Source: Candidatus Dormibacteria bacterium (GTDB lineage: Bacteria > Chloroflexota > Dormibacteria > Aeolococcales > Aeolococcaceae). From it: DNA of 33,793 nt. Below are positions 27,296 through 33,793 of this stretch, piece by piece (positions within the stretch are counted from its first letter, which is position 1; each line of letters begins with the position of its first letter). The notes beneath the pieces were generated by a model, which saw only the letters and a program-made list of their open reading frames with translations, had not been told where the DNA came from and searched no databases. The position numbers and the translations under genes were made by a program. The DNA is taken from assembly GCA_046263035.1 (NCBI GenBank), contig JBHELP010000127.1, positions 1 through 33,793 on the forward strand. The letters are read 5' to 3'.

Positions 27296-28783
27296 ATGAC
27301 TCCCCCTCCCACATCCGTGCCCCACCGTCAGCGATCGCTGTGGCCGCCGAGCCGCCACCCCCGGCGCCGCCGGGGAGTACGAATGCTGGCCATCGCCCTG
27401 GGGCTGGCGCTGGCCCTCAGCGTGGGAGCCGGGGCGGTGGTGGCCGCCAGAGGCCAGAGCGCCCTCATGTCGCAGTCGCAGCAGTTCTCTGCTGCTCGGC
27501 ACGCTCTCGATGACGCCCTGGCCCGAGCTCGGGCCGACGGCCTGACCGACGAGCAGCTCGCCGCCATTCGCCGTGATCGGGAGCGCCTCCTCGCCGAGCC
27601 CGCGATCCCCAACACGCTGGGTCTCTTCGATGCCGGGCAGGCGGCTCATCTGGGCCGTCAGGCCGCGGCCCTGCGGGCGCTTGTTCCCCGCATCGACCTG
27701 GTCAGGAACATCACCACCGATCACGACCGGCGTGCGGCGCTGGCGATCGTCGACGACTTCGACGCCGCCATCGCGGCCGCCTCGGAGGCCGGGCTCCCCG
27801 TGGTTGAGGATCAATCCCGCGCCACCATGGCCCGCCGGGCCGTGATGGCGGCCAGATCGCCCGCCGCCCTGTCTCGGGCGACCGCTCATCTGGCCGACCG
27901 GAGCGCCGAGGTGCGCACCGCCACCGATGCCAAGGTGGCGGCAGACACTGCCGCCGCCGAGCTCAGCGCCCGGCGGGATCAGGCCCAGGCGGCCCTGAGC
28001 CGGGCCGCCGATCAGCTGACCCAGGCCTCGGCCATCCCACAGCTCCAGGTGGCCGCCTACAAGTCGTCGCTGGACGAGCTTCAGGCCGCCTTCACCGCAG
28101 CCACGGCCCCGGCCGAGTACCAGTCGGTAGCCGGTCGCGCCAACCAGGTGGGCAGCGCGCTCCGGACGCTCCTCAAGTCCCGGTCCGACGCCTACCAGTC
28201 GCTGTCATCGGCCCGCCAGGTGGTCCAGCAGGCCACGGCCGCCAAGCTCGATGTCGGCTCCATTTCCGCCCAGCTCGACGGCGTCGCCGCCCAGCTCGAC
28301 GCGGTGGGCACGGCCGACCAGTTCCGGGCAATCCTGGCGCAGATCGATGGCCTGGTCAACCCTCTGGCCGAACGCCTTGGAATCGTGGAGCTCGGGGCCG
28401 GGAAGGTCATGGTCATCAGCCTCGAGAAGCAGACCCTCACCGCCTATGAGGACGGCCACATCTTCCTGACGACGCTGGTCACCACGGGTCGCCCCGCCCT
28501 GCCCACCCCCACGGGAGCCACCACGGTGACGAGCAAGAGCCATCCATGGCACATGACCTCGGACTGGCCCAAGGACTCCCCCTACTGGTACCCGCCGTCG
28601 GACGTCAACTACGTCCTCTGGTTCCGCTGCTGTGGATATGGCATCCATGACGCTCCCTGGCGGTCCACCTATGGGCCGGGAACCCAGGCCCAGGGATCCC
28701 ACGGTTGCGTCAATGTCCCGGGCGGCAGGATGCCGGCGCTGTTCAATTGGGCCGAGGTGGGCACCCGGGTCATCGTCCGCTGA
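27296..28783 (+). CDS. Membrane-anchored L,D-transpeptidase (YkuD) with long Ala-rich helical region
   Basis: N-terminal TM/signal after a basic stretch; C-terminal ISLEKQTL, VTTGRP..PTP.G, GYGIHDA, GSHGCVN. Confidence 0.9.
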   Translation: MTPPPTSVPHRQRSLWPPSRHPRRRRGVRMLAIALGLALALSVGAGAVVAARGQSALMSQSQQFSAARHALDDALARARADGLTDEQLAAIRRDRERLLAEPAIPNTLGLFDAGQAAHLGRQAAALRALVPRIDLVRNITTDHDRRAALAIVDDFDAAIAAASEAGLPVVEDQSRATMARRAVMAARSPAALSRATAHLADRSAEVRTATDAKVAADTAAAELSARRDQAQAALSRAADQLTQASAIPQLQVAAYKSSLDELQAAFTAATAPAEYQSVAGRANQVGSALRTLLKSRSDAYQSLSSARQVVQQATAAKLDVGSISAQLDGVAAQLDAVGTADQFRAILAQIDGLVNPLAERLGIVELGAGKVMVISLEKQTLTAYEDGHIFLTTLVTTGRPALPTPTGATTVTSKSHPWHMTSDWPKDSPYWYPPSDVNYVLWFRCCGYGIHDAPWRSTYGPGTQAQGSHGCVNVPGGRMPALFNWAEVGTRVIVR

Positions 28784-28848
28784 CCACGGGTGGCCTGGTG
28801 GGGGAGGCGGCGGGCGGTGGCCGGTAGTTTGTATCCTTGGGGCCGCCG

Positions 28849-29241
28849 ATGAACCTGTTCAAGGGCCTCACCAACCAGCAGATCCTCTCGTTCTTTCTTG
28901 CCTTCGGCCTGTTCAACCTCTTCGTCATCATGGAGGCCGCCGCACTGGCAGCCTTCTACATGGCCAGCAAGCCGCGAGGGGGTCGGGTCCGCACTGCGGC
29001 CGCCTGGCACGTCGGAGCAGCCGTCTGGTTCAACTTCGCCGTGGTAAGCGCGGTCTGGTCGGCCCCGGCCGAGAAGGCGTTCGTCAACGGATCGAAACTG
29101 TTCGACATGGGCTACGAGCGGTTTCAGAAGGTGCTCATCGGCCTGGCCTTCACCGCCATCGGAGTCCTCTTCATGGCGGTCGGTTTCATTCAGGGATCAA
29201 GGCAGAAGCGTGCTCAGCGCGAGGAGGCGCTGGCGGCCTGA
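28849..29241 (+). CDS. Hypothetical 3-TM membrane protein heading the Rieske/cytochrome b cluster
   Basis: ATG 28849; three hydrophobic segments; GC3-rich codon usage. Confidence 0.7.
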   Translation: MNLFKGLTNQQILSFFLAFGLFNLFVIMEAAALAAFYMASKPRGGRVRTAAAWHVGAAVWFNFAVVSAVWSAPAEKAFVNGSKLFDMGYERFQKVLIGLAFTAIGVLFMAVGFIQGSRQKRAQREEALAA

Positions 29242-29251
29242 GGGCGTGAGC

Positions 29252-29389
29252 ATGGTTGAACGTTTTCTTCTCGCGCTGCGCCATGACTTCGGTTGCCTGG
29301 TCATCGCCATCGCCTTCTTCATCATCATGATATCCACCATCGCCTTCGCCAACATCATCACTCCGCCCTCGCAGAACCCCTTCGTATAA
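29252..29389 (+). CDS. 45-aa single-TM microprotein (MVERFLLALRHDFGCLVIAIAFFIIMISTIAFANIITPPSQNPFV)
   Basis: Translated by hand, below the ORF-track cutoff; host-like codons (ATC/TTC/GCC); fills the gap before Rieske. Confidence 0.65.
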   Translation: MVERFLLALRHDFGCLVIAIAFFIIMISTIAFANIITPPSQNPFV

Positions 29390-29426
29390 TGCGGCCCATC
29401 ATCGGTGATCGCCTGGTGACCCACAC

Positions 29427-30065
29427 ATGGCACTGAATCCCTACGACTCACCCCGAGGTCGCCTGCACACTCGCGCCGAGGTGACACGCCGCCAGTTTCT
29501 GGGAATCATGGGCGCGATCGGTGGTGTCGGCGCCCTCGTATTCGGGGGCATTGAGAGCATCAAGTTTCTCTTCCCGGGTGCCACCCTGGAGGATCCTCCC
29601 GAGTTCAAGGTTCAGCAGGAGGCGGCCACGATCATCCCCGGGCAGGTCGTGCAGATCACGGAGAAGCGAATCTCGATCGTGCGCGATGACAAGGGCTTTT
29701 ACTGTGTCTATCTCATCTGCACGCATCTCGGCTGCACGCCGAATTACGTCTCCGACGTGGTATCCGGATCGGGGGTCCCGCCAACTCTTGCGGCCGACAA
29801 GGGCGCGCGTTCCGGCGCGGCCAAGATTCCCAACGGCTGGGCATGTCCCTGTCACGGAAGCCGCTATTACATAGACTCGACGAACTTCTATGGACCGGCG
29901 CCCCGGCCGATGGACTGGGTTCACGTTCAGTTCTCCCCCGACGGTAAGCTGGTCGTGGATCGGAGCAAGCTCGTCGCTTATCGACAGGCAGGCGATCAGA
30001 CCCCGCCGCAGTGGCGTCTCGATCCCGAGACCAAGAAGGACAACGGGATGACCCTGGGGACGTGA
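29427..30065 (+). CDS. Rieske iron-sulfur subunit of a cytochrome bc/b6f-type complex
   Basis: Tat motif TRRQFL plus TM; CTHLGC and CPCHGSRY boxes; GPAPRPM. Confidence 0.95.
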   Translation: MALNPYDSPRGRLHTRAEVTRRQFLGIMGAIGGVGALVFGGIESIKFLFPGATLEDPPEFKVQQEAATIIPGQVVQITEKRISIVRDDKGFYCVYLICTHLGCTPNYVSDVVSGSGVPPTLAADKGARSGAAKIPNGWACPCHGSRYYIDSTNFYGPAPRPMDWVHVQFSPDGKLVVDRSKLVAYRQAGDQTPPQWRLDPETKKDNGMTLGT

Positions 30066-30093
30066 TGACGATCAATGCGGTGAGGATTGGGGG

Positions 30094-30825
30094 ATGAGCT
30101 CCCACAGCGGCGCGGAGAATCCGGTCAAGGCATTTGCCAGGCAATTCTGGGGATCAATTTTCCGCCACGGCCTGCCCACCACGGACAAGGTGGCCGCGCG
30201 AACGGCGCTCACCAACTTCTTTCTGCACATACACCCCGTCCGTGTCAAGAAATCAGCCATCCGAGTGTCATACACGCTGTGCCTGGGCGGCCTGTCCTTC
30301 TTTCTCTTCATCCTGCTGACCATCAGCGGACTTTTCCTCATGTTCTATTACGTCCCATCTGTGGACCAGTCCTATCAGAATCTCAAGGACCTGCAGTTCG
30401 TTGCCACATTCGGTCTGGTCATCCGGAACATGCATCGCTGGGCTGCTCACGGCATGGTGATCACCGTGTGGCTGCACATGGCCCGTGTCTTCTACCAGGG
30501 CGCGTACAAGCCGCCCCGGGAGTTCAACTGGGCGATTGGAACGATGCTTCTCCTGGTCACCCTGCTCCTCTCCTTCTCGGGATACCTTCTGCCCTGGGAT
30601 CAGCTGGCGGTGTGGGCCATCACGGTAGGAACCAACATGGCCAAGTACGCCCCCATAGCCGGGCCCTACACGCGCTACCTGATGATTGGCGGTCGCAATG
30701 TCGGCCAGGGTGCTCTGATCAGGTTCTATGTCCTGCACGTGGTCGCCTTACCCCTCATCGGGTTCATTCTCATGGTTATCCATTTCTGGCGCGTCCGCAA
30801 GGACGGGTTCACGGGAGGCCTGTAG
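30094..30825 (+). CDS. Cytochrome b6-type (short, 4-TM) subunit
   Basis: CLGG heme-ci Cys, NMHRW...LHMARV, GYLLPWDQ, LH-x14-H in helix D. Confidence 0.94.
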   Translation: MSSHSGAENPVKAFARQFWGSIFRHGLPTTDKVAARTALTNFFLHIHPVRVKKSAIRVSYTLCLGGLSFFLFILLTISGLFLMFYYVPSVDQSYQNLKDLQFVATFGLVIRNMHRWAAHGMVITVWLHMARVFYQGAYKPPREFNWAIGTMLLLVTLLLSFSGYLLPWDQLAVWAITVGTNMAKYAPIAGPYTRYLMIGGRNVGQGALIRFYVLHVVALPLIGFILMVIHFWRVRKDGFTGGL

Positions 30826-30827
30826 TC

Positions 30828-31406
30828 ATGGCAACCGTTGTCGGCGGTGGTAGTCAGCGGCGTGATGACGGCGGTCGCGGCGAGACGCCGGCGCCCACGC
30901 GATCGGCGCGCCCTATCCCGGGCCCTGAGCTGGCCGCACCACCTCTTGTGGTGCGGAGGCGGGAGGATGAGGAGACTGTTGTCACGTTCCCAGCACTGGT
31001 GTGGCGGGAGTTCCTTGCCGGGCTTGCCTGCTTCATCTTCTTCCTGGCCGTCTCCATCCAGGTGAACGCGCCACTTCTGCAGCGTGCCAACACCGCGATA
31101 ACCCCCAACCCGGCCAAGGCGCCCTGGTATTTCCTGGGCCTTCAGGAGTTGCTGGAGCGCTTCCCGCCGGTGATGGCCGGAGTGGCCTTCCCCTCGTTTG
31201 TGATCATTGGAATGATCCTCACCCCGTATCTGGACAAGAACCCGAGCCGGCGCCCACAGGATCGTCGTGTGGCCATAGCCCTGTTCAGCCTGTACGTCTG
31301 CCTGTCCGTGGCCTTTGTCATCATCGGCGTCTTCTTTCGCGGCCTGGCGTTTGACTGGGATTGGTTGAAGATCCTGGGCCATCCGGGGGTCAAGCCGGAG
31401 GTATGA
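30828..31406 (+). CDS. Subunit IV-like (cytochrome b C-terminal) protein
   Basis: ATG 30828; FP.LVWRE, NAPL..AN..TPNPAKAPWYFLGLQELL, PYLDKNPSRRP. Confidence 0.88.
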   Translation: MATVVGGGSQRRDDGGRGETPAPTRSARPIPGPELAAPPLVVRRREDEETVVTFPALVWREFLAGLACFIFFLAVSIQVNAPLLQRANTAITPNPAKAPWYFLGLQELLERFPPVMAGVAFPSFVIIGMILTPYLDKNPSRRPQDRRVAIALFSLYVCLSVAFVIIGVFFRGLAFDWDWLKILGHPGVKPEV

Positions 31407-32329
31407 CCAGGCTCTTCGTGGCGCTCAGCGCGCTTCTCCTCATCCTCGTGGGCGTGGCCGCGGCCAAGGACAGTACCGAGCGTGATTACCTGGCCCAGCA
31501 GGACCGCTACCGGAAGGATCACCCTGGCTCGGAGTTCGACATCAAGGCGCAGCAGCTCTTCCCAACCTTCACCCAGGCGAAGAGGGGAGACACCTTCCGG
31601 GTCGAGCGCTGCATCTCGTGCCATGTTCCCGACATCCAGATAATCGGTCCGCAGGAGGCCGCCAAGAACCTGGCCACTGACTTTCTCAAGTACGCCCCCG
31701 ACGAGCGGAAGGTGGCTGAGGCCAACCACCTCACCGGGGTCCATCCCGCCTTCATCGACACCGAGCTCTACGCAAAGTATGGGCCGGACGGATTCATTCC
31801 CTACAGCTTCAGCGACAGTGCCGGTAAGAAGCAGGAGGGCAAGCTACCCGGCTTCCTGCCCAGCTACGTCGACCCTGCCGCCAAGGGCGGCAAGCTGGGC
31901 ATCGATGCCGTGGGGTGCATCACCTGCCACAACGGGGGACGGCTGGCACTGGACGAGATGCACGCGCATCAGAATCTCATCGTGAACCCGGAGTACGGGT
32001 GGTCCCAGGGCGCCTCCCTCTATTACAAATATTGCGCTCAGTGCCACGGGGGTCAGGGGGAGGGCGGTGTCGGGCCACCCTTGAGCAACCAGGACCGCCT
32101 GGGCTTCTTCAATGAGGACTATTACTTTCGCTGCATAGAGTACGGCTTCACCGGCTTCGAGCACCTGGGGAGCATCATGCCGCAGTGGGGTTCCACGGCA
32201 TCCGACTTCACCTACGACTCCAAGCGTGACAAGTCCAAACCACCTGCCAAGCGCGTGTTGACGCCCGACCAGGTCAGCCTTCTGGTGCAATTTGTCAGGC
32301 ACTGGGAGACCTACGAGACCCTCCCGTGA
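31403..32329 (+). CDS. Membrane-anchored triheme c-type cytochrome
   Basis: ATGA overlap; N-terminal hydrophobic anchor; CISCH, CITCH, CAQCH; GPPL and MPQW of a class I domain. Confidence 0.9.
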   Translation: MTRLFVALSALLLILVGVAAAKDSTERDYLAQQDRYRKDHPGSEFDIKAQQLFPTFTQAKRGDTFRVERCISCHVPDIQIIGPQEAAKNLATDFLKYAPDERKVAEANHLTGVHPAFIDTELYAKYGPDGFIPYSFSDSAGKKQEGKLPGFLPSYVDPAAKGGKLGIDAVGCITCHNGGRLALDEMHAHQNLIVNPEYGWSQGASLYYKYCAQCHGGQGEGGVGPPLSNQDRLGFFNEDYYFRCIEYGFTGFEHLGSIMPQWGSTASDFTYDSKRDKSKPPAKRVLTPDQVSLLVQFVRHWETYETLP

Positions 32330-32339
32330 GGAGCAGACC

Positions 32340-32462
32340 ATGAGAAGAAGCACGTTCAAGAGAGACGTCATCGGCACCCTTTTCATCTTTGTCGTGCTCT
32401 CCAGCCTCACCTTCGTGATCATGCTCGGTGAGCATTTCCTCGACAACTTCAAGGCGCACTGA
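32340..32462 (+). CDS. 40-aa single-TM microprotein (MRRSTFKRDVIGTLFIFVVLSSLTFVIMLGEHFLDNFKAH)
   Basis: GAGGAG RBS at 32328-32333; basic N-terminus followed by one TM helix; translated by hand. Confidence 0.72.
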   Translation: MRRSTFKRDVIGTLFIFVVLSSLTFVIMLGEHFLDNFKAH

Positions 32463-32467
32463 GCGGC

Positions 32468-32611
32468 ATGCCGAACATGACAGGTCTGCTCGCTGACCTC
32501 GATCCCGGGGATGCCGGCTGGGGAGACGTGCTCTTCGTCACCCTCTGGGCGGTGGCATCGCTCCTCCTCGCCTCCTATTATTGCTATCGCGCGTTTTTCA
32601 CGGCACGATGA
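32468..32611 (+). CDS. 47-aa single-TM microprotein (MPNMTGLLADLDPGDAGWGDVLFVTLWAVASLLLASYYCYRAFFTAR)
   Basis: Starts 5 nt after the previous stop; acidic N-terminus, TM helix, basic tail; no clear RBS. Confidence 0.55.
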   Translation: MPNMTGLLADLDPGDAGWGDVLFVTLWAVASLLLASYYCYRAFFTAR

Positions 32612-32633
32612 CCCACCCCGTCAGGTGGTAGCC

Positions 32634-33005
32634 ATGGGTATGAGCAGCTCCCCCCCTCATCGCGATTGGCGGATTGCGGCGGGCCTGTCGGTCATACCGG
32701 GGCTCGGCCAGCTATACAACAGCCAGCCGCGCAAGGCTCTGTTCTTCCTGGTCGCCACCACCCTCACGCTGGTACCGGCGGTCACCCTGATCACCCTGGG
32801 CGAGGGAATCGGCCATGCCCTGCTTCAGCACCGGCAGTTCGCCGGCTTCCTGCTCTTCTCCTTCGCGTCCATCCTGGTGTTCCTGGGCCTCGTGGTTCTC
32901 GGGCTCTTCCTCTGGGCGAGCGCGGTCAGCGATGCCCGCCGGACCGCTCAGGATGCCGCCACAGGGAAGCCCACGGCCGGTCGCTGGTGGTTCTTCAAGC
33001 TGTGA
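32634..33005 (+). CDS. Membrane protein with LS.IPGLGQLYN motif (DUF5683/TM2-like)
   Basis: AAGLSVIPGLGQLYNSQPRKA and W..AVSDA; AGGTGG before ATG 32634. Confidence 0.75.
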   Translation: MGMSSSPPHRDWRIAAGLSVIPGLGQLYNSQPRKALFFLVATTLTLVPAVTLITLGEGIGHALLQHRQFAGFLLFSFASILVFLGLVVLGLFLWASAVSDARRTAQDAATGKPTAGRWWFFKL

Positions 33006-33302
33006 GGTCCCTGGTAGAGGTGGTGAGGCGCCTCCGGCCCGGCGCCCGGGGAGAGACTCCGGGTTCCCGGGGGCCGGCCCGGTCGACTGGGCAGGAGCAC
33101 CATCCCGATCCCTCCATGCCGCCTCAGAACCGGGGTGAATGGGGCCGGGCCGCGCTCACCAACGTTGACATCACCGAGGCGGTCAAGAGCCAGATACACA
33201 CCCGGACGAGGCCGTGGGAAAAGTGACGGCCGCCACGTTTGACGCCCGCATGGCGGGGGTGAGATCATCTCGATCCGCCCTGCCCCCATTGAGGACTTCA
33301 CC

Positions 33303-33793
33303 CTGACACACCTGCTCGCCGTTGACACCTCCCCGCTCCACTCGGGCGGTCCTGTCGACGACCACATGCAGTTCGTATTCGGCTGGGTGTTCTGGGCCTC
33401 GATCGCCCTCGGGGTACTGGTGGGCGGTGCACTTCTCTACGCCATGCTGCGGTTCCGCAGGCGGGACGACGAGGAGCCCGTGCAGTTCCACGGAAACACC
33501 AAGCTGGAGCTGACGTGGACGGCCATCCCCTTCATCATCCTCGTCACCCTCTTCGGAATCACCCTGGCCAACATGGGGTTCATCGACAAGGCACCGGACA
33601 AGGCGATGCAGGTTCACGTCACGGGCAAGCAGTTCTCGTGGACGTTCGAATACACCGGCAAGCACGCCCGGACGTCGGGCAAGGATGTCAGAAGCGTCAC
33701 CACATTGAAGATCCCGGCCGACACGCCCGTGGCCCTGGACCTCACGTCACCCGACGTCAACCACAGCTTCTATGTGCCCTCCCTGGCCGGACA
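33303..33793 (+). CDS. coxB: Cytochrome c oxidase subunit II (3' partial)
   Basis: RFRRR..EPVQFHGNTKLELTWTAIP, VTGKQFSWTFEY, LTSPDVNHSFYVP; runs off the window; start is CTG 33303 (RBS GAGGA) or ATG 33366. Confidence 0.9.
   Translation, partial: MTHLLAVDTSPLHSGGPVDDHMQFVFGWVFWASIALGVLVGGALLYAMLRFRRRDDEEPVQFHGNTKLELTWTAIPFIILVTLFGITLANMGFIDKAPDKAMQVHVTGKQFSWTFEYTGKHARTSGKDVRSVTTLKIPADTPVALDLTSPDVNHSFYVPSLAG

Noticed and set aside
499-32452. Many long antisense or alternate-frame ORFs (e.g. 499-2016, 10740-12113, 22364-23911, 25328-26494)
   Set aside because: Shadow ORFs expected at high GC; they overlap well-supported genes and show no motifs
33120-33235. Cobalamin riboswitch (AGCCAG and GGGAA fragments)
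   Set aside because: No complete B12 box or GCAACTGT/GCCACTG core in the right order

Overview
A very GC-rich, densely coding bacterial chromosomal segment with no mobile elements, tRNA/rRNA genes or CRISPR array. The gene content (PIM-like lipid genes, separate accD/accA, split b6-type cytochrome b) does not look like a typical actinomycete; a Chloroflexota/Dormibacteria-like soil bacterium is my unverified guess. In order: acyltransferase-GT4-CDP-alcohol transferase (patA/pimA/pgsA-like) with DUF2127; CAAX protease; holB; rhodanese with a TusA-like protein; GH1 glycosidase; a nitrogen-assimilation cluster (GSI-alpha coupled to a PucR-family regulator, amtB with an in-frame TGA, PII, a repeated structured element, ferredoxin, GSI-beta glnA); dxs; an SbcC/SbcD-like (YhaN/YhaO) pair; MarR with a DHA2 exporter; fabH-accD-accA; an L,D-transpeptidase; and a Rieske/cytochrome b6-type operon with a triheme cytochrome c and three uncalled single-helix microproteins, followed by coxB. 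Best novelty candidates: (1) a PucR-type nitrogen regulon with near-identically placed TTGTG-N7-CACAA-like boxes before amtB and glnA, possibly sensing through the co-encoded GSI-alpha; (2) a candidate sRNA behind glnK with three anti-Shine-Dalgarno hairpin loops; (3) the b6f-like respiratory complex with small subunits. All family calls come from reading motifs by eye; no searches were run.
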